DNA of 64,000 nucleotides from assembly GCF_009914755.1 (NCBI RefSeq), contig NC_060932.1, one strand, 5' to 3'. Position 1 is the stretch's first letter. Each line of letters begins with the position of its first letter. Positions 42,421 to 55,398 of this stretch are shown here, in pieces. Origin of the DNA: the human T2T-CHM13v2.0 reference genome, Homo sapiens. The position numbers were made by a program, and so were the translations under genes. The notes under the pieces were generated by a model, which was given only the letters and a program-made list of their open reading frames with translations, ran no database searches and was not told where the DNA came from.

Positions 42421-43158
42421 GTAATATGCAATTTATCGCCACAGAATTTGCGTTTTTGTTAGAAAGTCAAATTAAAAAAAAAAAAACGGTTGTTATATGA
42501 TGATTTTTGGTAAAAGTTTTCACCTGCAGTTTTACAGTCACAGTGAGGACTCATGAGTTTACAACGTTTCATTTCTCCAGGCCCCGCTCCCTGGGCATTC
42601 CCCATCACCGTGGATCCACTATGTGGCCCTAGAGAGTTACTTTTACTCTGTGATTTGACCTCCTCATATTTCTCATCCTGCCTGGACTGTGGCCCCAACC
42701 ACGCTCATAGCACCAAACATGTCCTTGGCAGAATTTCTTACTATCCTGGCACAGATGAGTCTGTCCACCTAATTTACCACCGCTCCTCGCGGGTCCACGT
42801 GCAGAACCATGCTGCATTCTCATCTTCAGGGATGGACTGGAAGCATTCTTGAAGACGCAGTGCTGAGTTTAGCAACTTATTTGTTCTATACCCACAGCCT
42901 CAGCCTCTCCCCTAATACAGACTTCAGCTCAGAAATTCAAGATTACTCGTGTGTCTCTCCCCATAGACAGGCTTTTGGTGCACAGAATTTGATTTATGTA
43001 TTTGTAATCCTGAGCAATGTGCCCATGACACCTAAGGATGCTGTAAGAGGCACTGAAAGAATGACCACATGAACGGCTGGGCTGGTGGGCTGGTGGGCTG
43101 GTGGGTGAGTCCACAGCAGCAGGAGAAATGAACCCTCTCCTCCAGGAGCTTACTTTAA

Positions 43159-43461
43159 TTTTTTTCTTTTTTTTTTTTTTTTTTTAAGACAGAGTCTTGC
43201 TTTGTCGCCAGGCTGGAGTGCACTGGCATGATGACATGATCTGGGCTCCCTGCAACCTCTGCCTCCTGGGTTCAAGCAATTCTCCTGCCTCAGCTTCCCA
43301 AGTAGCTGGGACTATAGGTGCATGCCACCACACGCAGGTTTTTTATTTTTTACTAGAGACAGGGTTTCACCATGTTGGCTAGGATGGTCTTGATCTCTTC
43401 ATCCGCCCACCTCGGCCTCCCAAAATGCTGGGATTACAGGTGTGAGCCACTGCACTTGGTC
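43159..43461 (-). mobile_element. AluSc-like
   Basis: tgtcgccaggctgg (Sc-type 1-nt deletion), ggatggtcttgatctctt. Confidence 0.9.
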
Positions 43462-43903
43462 TTTTTAAGGAGGAAGATGTAACACGTGGGCCCGTTGTAT
43501 AACCATAGAGAGCCACAGATAGCAAAAATATAGAAAGAAGTCTCCGTCCCTATGAAAGGCATTAGCATGCTTGAAAGATCATTTAAAAATACATTTGAGG
43601 TTTTAGAATTTTCCACTTCTAAAACGGATAGCTGTGTTTTCATGGTCATTGTCTAGCCCTCCTTGGGGTGAATGCATTGAATTATTATTATTATTTTTTT
43701 TTATATGCCTTTATGGATTCAGCTACAATGCCTAGACTTTACTCTGGCAAACTTTGGGAAAAAAATAGTTACATACTAATCCTCCAACTTTAATAAATCC
43801 CCTAGTTTTCCCCTATTTGGAAATTATTTTGTTTTTTGTAAGAGGAGTATTTTCTGAGTGAAGAAATCCATAGGTAAGTCCTGGCTTTGTCACTTGCCCA
43901 CAG

Positions 43904-44034
43904 ATTTTTTTTTTTTTTGAGATGGAGTCTTACTTTGTTACCCAGGCTGGTGTGGAGTGGTGCTCACTGCAACCTCTGCCTCCCAGGATCAAGCATTCTC
44001 CCGACTCAGCCTCCTGAATAGCTGGGATTACAGG
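43904..44034 (-). mobile_element. Alu right-monomer fragment fused to MLT2A
   Basis: Poly(T), gagatggagtct...gctgggattacagg. Confidence 0.88.
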
Positions 44035-44149
44035 CCTGTTGTGGGATCTCACCTTGTGATCGTGTGAGTCAATACTCCTTAATAAAATCCTCTTTATATA
44101 TACACCTATCCTGTTAGTTCTGTCCTTTGGGAGAATCCTGATTAATACA
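44030..44149 (+). mobile_element. MLT2A (ERVL) LTR 3' end only
   Basis: ttgtgggatctcaccttgtgatcgtgtgagtcaatactccttaataaa...gttctgtcc...gattaataca. Confidence 0.85.
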
Positions 44150-46529
44150 CTAATCCTACGCAATGCCCCAGAAAACATGGTAAGACTTACTGCTCTGCCA
44201 CCATCATCTAAGACAGTCTACCAGCCAATATGCCAGCAGGTCCACAAAATATAGACACTTGGATATGTAAGTCTACTGCCCTCATAGTCTGTGTGTTAGT
44301 TACCATAATAGGTCAGCTGCAGAGTGCAGCTTCACCAAACACATGAGAGATAGACAGCATTTTAATTACGTAATAGAGTACAGAATAAGAAAACTGCATT
44401 GCAGATTTGGAGAGAAGATCCTGGAGTATGAAAAAGTAGATAAACACACAAAGGTTATAACCACAGAATAATTCAGGCCAGAACATAAGAAGGGGCCATT
44501 AGAAGTGAGAGTAGGTACTTGTAATAAGAAAACAGAGAAGGTAGCAGATTCCAATCCAGGCCTTCTTTTTATCGTACAGAAAAATAATTTTCTTATAATA
44601 GCACACAGTTCTCTTAGGAACACCCTGTGTTCTTTAGTTTTTCAAAGCATCACTCAATCCTCTTCTCTTGGCAGATAGGAGGCTCAAATCAATCTCTCCG
44701 TAATCACTTCTGTCTCCCAGGAAGCTGTCATAGCTTGTTCCCCAATCCCTCATGAAGACATGCTCTTGTGTAAAGGATACTAAATAAGACCGGCTTTCTT
44801 AGAGTCTCTTTCATTTTCTCAGGAAGCCATTATAAATGGTGCAACATAGAGACGTCCTCAGTGCATTGCAGCTAGTAGATATTTTTGGCTAGGTGGCTGA
44901 TCTCCCTGGTGATGTTGTAAGTCTTCAGGTACTGCACACCTAGCAATACAACATGCAATCTCTTGGAATGATTACATAATGTCTTGCAAATGTGGTGTTA
45001 TCCCCATCTGCTCACGGGTCATCCCCACTGAAGAACCCAGGCTTCAATTTTTGGAATTGACTAAAAATGGCTTTAATGACAATCACTTAAAAGTAATGTT
45101 TCACAAATAAATAATATGTTATAGTTGGGGGAATATTCCTAAATTCTATATTTAAGTGTATTTGTTTTAATGTGACTCACTACTTTTTTCAGTGCTAGTC
45201 ATATATAACCCAGGCTACATTTCAAATTTTTTTTATCATATTTGTAGGTATCTTTTGTTAATATCATTTGAAGCTGAACCATGATATTAATACTATTTTT
45301 TCAGTAAAAATAATTGCCTTCATAATTTATACTGCACATGATCCTTTAGTGATTAAACTGTAACTTACAGTGGGTACCTATATTATTAACACAAACAACA
45401 TATTGCTGATAATATCTAATGACTTTTTAAAAAATCAGAGAAATAAAATAAATTTTATTATTGTTTATATCTATATGCTAAAGGCTGCCCAAGCAAATGT
45501 ATTTGAATTGATAAATATTATTGGAATATATCAAAGTGCCTTTTAAAAACAACATTTTATACTGAAATTAAAGCCTAACATTTAATCAAATTTATAATCC
45601 ATCGACTATATTCGACATCTAACTTTTCAAAATAATAATACAGTTAATGAACATTTTACACATTTAAAAAATCAGTCATTAATGTTATAATTCATCTTGA
45701 ATACATGCGAAGGATCAAGAAGTAGTCATGAAAGTCCTACTCTCTATGAAATTTTAAAGATTTGAGGAAATTAAATGTCAAGTACATTTGACATCCTATT
45801 TGTCCTTAATATAAATAACAGCACTGTACCTGCTTTTTCTGGAGTATGTGGTGTAAATAATGATATCTGAGCTGATGCTGGCATGCTGTTCCGTGCACTC
45901 ACACAGCTACAGATCACCACTGTGCAAGATCAACAAAAACTAAGGCTCTTTATGATCTTGAAAATGTTGGTGAAGTTTAGACACTTGGTGACAAATTTGC
46001 TAACTAGAGATTTGCAAGAGAGGAATACACACAATTATTTCCTTGTTTGTTCACAAGTACCACTGGAAAAATAAAAAAATGGTTGGCAACTGTTCAGGAG
46101 AATGAGAAAGCAGGACATGCTCTCCCATTGCCGTTTTCGGAAGTTTAGAATGTTTCCAACAGAAAACTTATTACTGTGGCACGTGTACTTGGCAGGCCAC
46201 TGGAAATGTGGCCAACTTGCAACAGACCAACTTGGAACAAGTCAATCATCACATATTCTAGGCCAAAATGAAGAATGTTATTCAGCATTCATTAATTCAG
46301 GTGTATGCCTTCCCCATTGACTTCATTTAACAACTACTTTCTGAACATGTAGGAAGTGTCAGTCATGACACTGGGCAATGGAATTGCCTATTATACATAC
46401 GGAAAGAAAACTGGACTTCAGCGTGGGGAAAATTAACTTCTCATAGCATATCTTGAAATAGTGTTTGGTTACAGCAGAAGGCTAAAATAATGAATACTAG
46501 TATGTGTTTGAGTGACGTACCAAACTGTT

Positions 46530-46745
46530 CGTTGCCAGTCAATGTTCTAAAGGTTTAAAATTAGTAAGTCTACTCAATTAACTCAACATCTCTGTGGAGA
46601 TGATCCTATTAGAACTCCCTACTGTAGAACTGGGAAACTGGAGCTCAGACAGCCTGGTTACTTGAGTGTGGTCTCACAGAAAGAGGAGGAACAGAATGTA
46701 AATCTATGCATTTTGATTTCAAAGACAATATCCTTATCCACTAAT
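46530..46745 (+). mobile_element. MIR
   Basis: gggaaactggagctcagacag...gtacttgagtgtggtctcacag. Confidence 0.55.
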
Positions 46746-47177
46746 ATTGTCTCCAAATTTGAATATAACTGTCCTGGAAAGGGACATTCTGCAGCACTTG
46801 CAAAACCTAAGACTCACCAGCTGTGCATAGGTATGGAGCTCCAGTAAATGCTAAGTTCTGGGATTATAAAGAATCCAAAGAAGGTCAACATAGCAGATGA
46901 ATAGACTTCTTCCAAGTTGCAAGACAGCTTAGTATAATAGAAAAATACTGGGATGTGTCAAAAGCCCTGGAATGCAGACTAGTTTTCAAAATCGTCTAGC
47001 CAGGCCTGGTTGAGTGAGTCATTGGAGTTGCCACTTCAGTGTCTGTGAAGAGGCTGTAGTATCTATGCTACTCCTCTCATTACACCTTTGTGAGAAGCAC
47101 ATCACATTATCAGGTCATGTCTGCTTGAAAATCTTTCAGTGGCCACAGAAATTTACTCAAAGTTTAAGAGGATGTTT

Positions 47178-47518
47178 ATTTTTGTTGTTATTGTTTTTAA
47201 TTTTAATTATTGTGTTTTTCTATAATGTATTGGGGTACAGGTGGTATTTGGTTACATGAGAAAGTTCTTTGGTGGAGATTTGTGATATTTTGGGGCATGC
47301 CTCACCACAGCAGTATACACTGCACCTTATCTGTAGTTACATAACTAAAAGTAGAACTACCATTTGGCCCAACAATCCCATCGCTGAGTATCTACCCAGA
47401 GGAAAGGAACTCATTATTTGATAAAGATACTTGCACACACATGTTTATAGCAGCACAATTCACAACTGCAAAATCGTAGAACCAACCCAAATGCCCGTCA
47501 ATCAACGAGTGGATAAAG
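47178..47518 (-). mobile_element. L1PB1-like element, 5'-inverted (3' end antisense ~47178-47337; inverted ORF2 piece sense 47343-47518)
   Basis: ggggtacaggtggtatttggttacatgag (L1PB 3' end); aactaaaagtagaactaccatttg...ccgtcaatcaacgagtggataaag; TSD aagaggatg(t/c)tt at 47166 and 47516. Confidence 0.88.
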
Positions 47519-50500
47519 AGGATGCTTCTGTAAGAATGAGGGTGAAAACACAGAAAACAGGGCACTGGTTAGGTGTCATGGTGAGCAAAGGAGCTGGTGT
47601 GGTGTCAGATCAAGGGGACACTGGAACCGACAGCTCCAGGGAAGGGGCATCTGGCGGCCTTCTCAGGAGAGGAAGGAGGCCATGGTGTGGCTAGCTCCCT
47701 CCTGCAGTGTGCTCCTCATGCTCATCCCTTCTCATGCCTGTCACCAGATGTTTGACTCTCTTTGCATCTCAGAATTGCCAGTAGAATTAATAAAATCTGT
47801 GATTAGAGGGAAAACTTGAAAAGACACAGAGTTGTGAATCACAAGAGAACAAAAGATGGAAAGAAGAGGGCTGGCAGAGAACAGGCAATCCAAGTAAAAT
47901 TTAAGGAAACAAGCAAAACTATAGTGGTGTTATTAAGTGTTTTAAGGAAGCTGATAAACAATCCTTAGTATCCAAGCAAAGAGAGTCCTCTACACTCCAA
48001 CCTATGCATTGATTTCCAAATTGCCAGTGAAATTTGCAGGTAAAGATAGTTTGATAAAAAATACTTAGAAAATGTCAGGTTCCAATGTCACACAAGTCCC
48101 TGGGAGAATGGGAGGAGAAGTCTCATTCCACACTGCTGTCCTCTGCAATACCAAATACAGGCTGAGGGAATAATATTTACTATACGATTTTTTTGGGGAA
48201 AAAGGCTTTCTGAAAGAATTTTGGTCTAGCTAACACAATTTTTCACTTGTAGACACAAACGAATTCAGTCACATTTTTTGATAGTATAACTCATAGGGCT
48301 GAGAGATTAATTAAAATGAAGAATTCAAGGCTGGGAAATTTGTAACAAAAAATAACGAGCAGAATTCCCTTTTAGTCTATGAGAAGAAACACCCAACGAC
48401 CCATCCTAGAAATCCTCAACTGCAGGCTTACAACCCCATTCTTAAAGGAGATTTAAAGAAATGTGAAGAGTTCGGGGCCTCCTTCCACAGTTAATAGCTT
48501 CAACAAGTCAAATCTTCATGAATTATTAAACCTCATCAATAAATAATCATATAAATCATGTAGGTGAACTTAAGAAACAACTCTAGAAAATTATCTCCCT
48601 CAAGAAGATTTATCATCAGATTCAAGTGTTTAGAAAATGTGATTATAACTATAAAACAATATGACTATAGATTATAACTACAAAACAATATTAACTATTT
48701 CTAGAAAAAAAAGAATGGAAATATACCAAAATGTTGTATGGTTATTAGCGAACTATGGACCAATGATTACTTATTTTTTAATCTTTTTGTAGTTTTAATT
48801 TTCCTTCATAAATATGTTTCTTCAAATAAGAGAAAATTATATAAGAGAGAATTATTTCATGCAGCCAAAAGCTGACGCAAATTCCTCTGGAGCTTAAATG
48901 CAAACCTGCGTACCAACATCATATAAGAAACAACCATTTAATTGTAAATATTCCAGATGCCATTGTATTTAGAAATAGACGGAGACACACAAAAATCTGC
49001 TTTTAAAATTCTGACACATAGAAACAATATTGCTTTTGTAAAATCTCATTGGTAGACTCAACAAAGAATCAGAAAAATGACTAAAATGATCAATGATTGC
49101 CATAAAGTAAAATGCAGTATCTATGTGAAAGTAAATTAGAATGCAACAATACAGCTTTTCAAAATAACTCAGAATTGGGAGTTAATGTAGGGTATCAAAA
49201 ATGAAAGGAAGAAACAAATAAAACAAATGAGAAACAACTAATCATGCCCCAAAGAATAATTTAAGTAAGTAGTTGGTGTGGTTTTCAAAGTCCTTGAGGA
49301 ATGTGGAGAAGAACAGTTCATTACATGCTCTGTTTGTTAGAATTAATTACTAGATGGAACTAGACACCATGCAAACTTTCTATAAATCAAACTAATAAAT
49401 ATTATTCACATCGCCAGTCATACTATAACAAGACAGTCCTATTTACAGTGAGTCCGTAAGACACTTATCCTGAGAGCTGTTGAATCTCCTCATATTGTCC
49501 CTTTTATTTGGTTTCAACACAACAATGTTATGTAGCACTTTTAAACTGAAATATAAATGATCTGTTTTTAAACAATTTGCAAGCTAACTTCTGTTTCTAT
49601 CGCAACATTTTAAAAATCCTCTTAAAACCAGAGTTAAGGAATTTGACTTTTGTGCCTCACTGTCCCCTGTGCAAATATTTGGGTACTGCACAACTTAAAA
49701 AGAAAAACATACCTATTTAATAAGCTAAAAATTCCTTAATCCTGAACACGTGATTAATTATCACTGAAGGGCAAAATTACCAACACTTTTTCTTTCCCTG
49801 CATATAAACATTTTGTCCTGTTCATATTTTTCTTTCTGAAAATACCTGAGTCTTCAAATTCAAAAACAGCTTCTACTGTTAGCTCCAACCCCAAATAAAA
49901 ATTTATCTGCAGAAAAAGAAGTCAATCTTGAAAGGGTTTCTATGGATTATGCATATCAATTCACTAGTCTGGTAATTGCATGCTGGTTCATGTAAAAGAT
50001 GAAGTTTCTTGATCATCTGAGAGGAAACACAGGCTCACAATTGAGACTACATTCAAACTCCAGCCAGCTTGTCTAGTATACAGCACAGTGTCAGAAAGCT
50101 CATTTTGACCTTCCCCGCCATGAGGACCAATGAGTACCTTGGTAGAGACTACCTTCAAATCAGAAAGGGATGAGGCAATGTGCCACTCAGCTATCTGTAG
50201 CACATGCATACGAAAGCTTATCAAGCAGCATGCAGGCCATGGCTGCTTCATTAATTTAATGAATAAAGTGGTGCACGCTATACAATGGGGTTGTGTTTTC
50301 TGTGATATGTGTAAAGATAGAAAGTTGGCTGTATGGAACACTTGCATCATTTAATAATAAATTAACTGCTACATTACTGTTACCTCTTCTTACCATGGTA
50401 TCAACCATCCCATCAACCTCCCACTAAAATAGCAATTATTTTACTCAATTAATACATTTATAGTGGTTTTCTACAGTAGTTTACTTTTATAAACTCAACG

Positions 50501-50561
50501 CTAATATAATTTCGCTGAAAGTCAGGCACACTTTTTTAAAACTTCTTTATCTGTGTGCATA

Positions 50562-50610
50562 TATATGTGTGTGTGTGTATATACCTATATATATATATAT
50601 ATATACACGT
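50562..50610. repeat. (TG)n/(TA)n microsatellite
   Basis: Direct reading. Confidence 0.9.
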
Positions 50611-51309
50611 ATAGTTGTGAAACTTGCTCCACAGTAATAATAGTAAAATTCTATCATTTATGCTTCTTAAACATACTTACAGGCACAGAGAAATAATTTA
50701 TATGAGAATTACTGTTAAGAAACCAGAACCGAGAAGAAGAGAATTTCACTTAAATTATAATTTTTAAAAGTACTTCATAACTATATGTAGATAAGTTGAT
50801 TATAGGTTGGCCAGAGAGGAAGCACCATACCAAACTTGAAGTTTCAACCTCCTCTATTCCAAAATGTTGAAGAACTGGCTTTGATATCAGTGACATAAAC
50901 TGCAGAAGAATATTTTGACTAATAATTATGATCCTCAAAAATAAACACTTCAACCATAAAAAGTATATCATCACATACAGCTAAAAAAGCATATCTTAAA
51001 AATAAAACAATCTTAAAATATCAAGTTACTATTGCTAGACTGTAGTCAACAAAATAAAATGTTTATTATCTTGTCAATTTTATATCATGTTTTAGCTTGG
51101 TTGTCAAATCCCATCATTTCTAGAAGTGCGTACATTTAACCTTTAAAACTCACAGACAACACCATTTACTGCTTGCTCATTCACTGGCTGTTTCCTGGTT
51201 CACCTGCATCTCCGGGTCCTCTTTTGTTTGTTTATTTGTTTCTTTAAGTCTGTTTTTCTACCTTCTGCTTGTTGCATGGCTGCCCACCTTTTTTTGTGTG
51301 TATATCCTA

Positions 51310-52200
51310 CAATGACACTTGCTTATCACCAGCCAGTCTCCAAACCCCATCACCACATCTGTAGAGGAAATCTCCACTAGGAAACATCAACACCTCAAAT
51401 ACAACCTCTCCCAGCCTGAACCCCACTTAGGCTTTGTCACCCTTGTGTCTAGCACTGGAACCTCCTGGTCACTGAGCTTCAACATTTGGGATGATTGTTG
51501 GTTCCTCCTTTGCTCCCCTTTGTGCTCCGTGGAAAACCATGTGCCCATCAAAGTCAAAGCCCTCTCTGGAGCATCCATTCCTCATGTTCTTCACCTGTCA
51601 CCCCTAGAACTTTATGCCTCCAGTCACACACAACCTCTAATTTTACTGTCATTATCTCCTAAAAGTCTTCCCACTTTCTACCAGTCACCATTCCAGTCCA
51701 TCCTACACACTGAAAATGAATGTATTTATTAAAACAGGTTAACTCTATTTTTTTCACACCCACCACCCTTGCTTAAACACCTTCCCTGGTTTCTCACTGT
51801 TGCTGATTTCCCCAGGGATTCGTCCAATCTGCTTCCTCCCTGTGCTCAGAGCCAAGTTAATGACTTACTCTCTCTCAAATTCACATGTCTTTTCACCTCT
51901 GTTTCTTTGCTGTTGGCCCTTCTCCCATGATGTCAGCCCTGTTGTCTTCCCAGCAACAATTCAGTGCCACCATTTCCATGAAGTCCTCCTTGAGCAAGCT
52001 AGGAAGCTCACTGGCCTTGAACTTCATGGCCCATAGCATTGTTCCTTGCTGTGGTCATGCCGGTCCCTGTATTACAATGATCTGCCTGAGTATCTTATCT
52101 CATCAGTAAACATAAGTTACTCCCAAGTTGGATCTATTACTGACCATCATTGCTCCTTCTTGGTGTTTAGCTAAATCCCTTGTACACGGAGCAAAGTACA
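51310..52200 (+). mobile_element. L2 relic
   Basis: ctccactagg...cacctcaaatacaac; ttccagtccatcctacacactg; cttgcttaaacaccttccctggtttc; 3'-end-like taagttactcc. Confidence 0.65.
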
Positions 52201-53569
52201 TTTACAGGAGGATTAAACAGTAAATGTTATAACTGGAAGTGATGTTAAAGGTCATCAACCATGACCAGAATTTTCTTAATGAGAACAGTATGCCTCAAAG
52301 ATGTTAAGTAAATTCTCATTTATTGTATTCCCAGAACAAAATGCATTGAATGACAAAGAATGGATTCTCTGTATACACACCTTCTTAGCTTTAAGAAATG
52401 TATATTATCATACTATCTATTCTAATACCGCGGAACAGTTTGATGCCAAATTTTGTGTTGTCAATAAAAGCTGAGGCAAACCCAATTAAATCCATATTCA
52501 TCACATATTGGAAAGTACAAAAATGCAATTAACAAAACTTTCATTTCCACACAGTGTAAACAAGTATTTGCATTATCTTTCATCTCAATTACATTAGAGT
52601 ATTGCCTGTGTGAATAATTTTTCTCCTTATAGATATTTGGGATGTTTATCTAAATTGCATTAACTTTTTTTAACCCTCAATTCTGTATTCTTTAAACTAC
52701 CACTCTGACTGCAAAGTCAAATTATTCGAAGTGTTCAGCAATGTGAAAAATCGTTATATGATTAAATTTTTTATTATTTTATCTTACATAAAATATTGCA
52801 TATGATATTACTTTGAAAACAATAATTTCCATTAAGCAACAGCTTTTTATTGGCAACTACGAAGTAAGAAAAAAGAGGAGAGGAAATTGTAAAGGATATC
52901 TTTTGACTTAACATTTAAAGGAATGTATGTCAGGAACAAGTATAAAAATATATATTGTTTCCATTTCGTGTGGGGGTTTTGTATCTACCAGCAGCTTCGA
53001 TTTCTCCAGGCAAAGAGACAGCTGCATTTACTTTTAGATGGCATAACAATTTACAAAATATTTTGTGAGTTTTGTTTACTGGAACATTGGTAGCCCCCTG
53101 AGTTATAAGTACTTTATGACTGAGAATAGAGAAAGAAATGGGAACACTACTCATGTTTCAGGCAGCCCACACTCCAAGAAGGGTAGATGATCACATGGCA
53201 GTACTTTATTGCAGACTTTGTGACATGTGAGTTTCAGTGAGGAGTAGATCAGTCGTCCCGGTACATTCACACCGATACTGATTCTGCACCTTAATATGTG
53301 GCATTCGGGAACTACAAAGTGCTCTACCACAATGCCCAGGGAACCCAACACATTTTTCATGGTTACATATTAAATTACGTATTTTATTTGACATATAATT
53401 TGTTAGATATATATAATTATATATTTAATGTAAATTATATTAAATATTACCTTTCAATATATTTATATATTATCATGTATAAAATATCAATATATTTATA
53501 TATTGACAAATATTTAAACCTGTCTACTCATTTATCTATTTTATATACATACAAAATGGAGATACATAT

Positions 53570-53605
53570 ATACACACACCCACACACACACACACACACA
53601 CACAC
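53570..53605. repeat. (CA)n microsatellite
   Basis: Direct reading. Confidence 0.9.
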
Positions 53606-54087
53606 TACTCTTAAAAATAAGAGTTAAAAATTGAATTCAGGTCTCTAACTCCACATCCAATATTATAGTTACATCTGCACATTTTTCCTAAACACGTAGA
53701 AAATTGTCCTCCTTGGCATTCCTCAAAGTAGATGCTGGGCTACTTGGAATCAAATACAACTGTGTCCATAATTATCCCGCATGCTATGGATCATAGTAAG
53801 ACCTAAAGCATCTACCATATAGGATTTAAAATAAAGCCTACATAAGAATAACCTATTTCTGTAATTATTTTTGCTTTACTAAATTATTTTGTTCTATTGT
53901 GGCAACACAGTGTCATTCTGAGATTACGTGAGATGGAACTTTGAGGGACAAAGAAAGCTCTCAATGAGAGATCAAAGCGTTTGCAACCTAGATGCAGAAA
54001 CTGAGCCCTAGAGAGAATAAGGTGCCTAAAGTCCAATTCGCCCACCTGTGGATGGCTGGCAGCAGAAAGGTGATCTGACGTGAAAAT

Positions 54088-55398
54088 ATGCACACACACA
54101 CGCACACCCAGACACATGTGCACACAGATGCACACACACATGTACACACAGACATATGCACACATGTGCATGTACACACACACATGCATGCACACCGAGA
54201 CACGTGCACACACAGGCACAGTTACACATGCACACACACGTACACCCAGAGAGACATATGCACACATGTGCATGCACACACATATGCATGCACACTCAGA
54301 GACACATGCATACACATGCACACACACATGCACACACATGCACACCCAGAGACATATGCACACATGTGCACATACACACACGCACATATGCATGCACACC
54401 CAGAGACACATGTGCATGCGCATGCACACACTTACACATGCACACACATGCACAGAGACATATGCACACATGTACACGCACACACACATATGCATGCACA
54501 CTCAGACACGTGCATACACATGCACACTTACACATGCACACACACATGCACACCCAGAGACACATATGCACACATGTGCACGTGCACACACACACACATG
54601 CACACCCAGAGACACGTGCACACACATGCACACACTTACACATGCACACACGCATGCACACCCAGAGAGACATATGGACATATGTGCACATACATACACA
54701 CACACGCACATATGCATGCACAGCCAGAGACGTGCACACACATGCACATACTCACATATGCACACACATGCAACCCAGACAATATGCACACACATACACA
54801 CATACACACCCAGAGACATACACACAAGCACACACACACGCACATATACATGCACACACACGTACACTCAGAGACATATGCACACATAAACATGCACACA
54901 CACATGCACACCCAGAAAGACAGGCGCACACAAGTGCACACATGCACATACACACACATGCACACCCAGACATATGCACACACAACCAGACACATCTGCA
55001 TCTGCACGCACACATGCACATATGCATGCACACCCAGAAAGACATGTGCACACACAAGTACACACATGCACAGATGCACACATGCAAAGACATACGCACA
55101 CACAAGCACACACATGCACACACACATGCATACCCAGACACTTATGCACACACAAGGACACACATCCACACACATGCACATACACACATGCACACCCAGA
55201 GAGACATGTGCACACACACAGACCCATGCAAAAACACATGTACACACATGCACCAAAGAGACGTGCACACACAAGCACATACATGCACACACACACATGC
55301 ACACCGAGACATGTGCACACACACATGCACATATGCAAGTGCACCGAGAGACATGCACACAGAAGTACACACATGCACAGACACACATGCACACACAG
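54088..55398. repeat. 1.3-kb CA/CATG-rich degenerate minisatellite
   Basis: cacacatg and cacccagagacatatg units; source of all the His/Thr- and Cys/Val-rich ORFs. Confidence 0.95.

Noticed and set aside
49988-50354. 120-aa and 74-aa ORFs in non-repeat sequence as possible exons
   Set aside because: No recognisable protein family and no convincing paired splice sites.
53151-53394. CpG-containing non-repeat stretch as possible exon or snoRNA
   Set aside because: No recognisable peptide, and no proper box C/D or H/ACA architecture.
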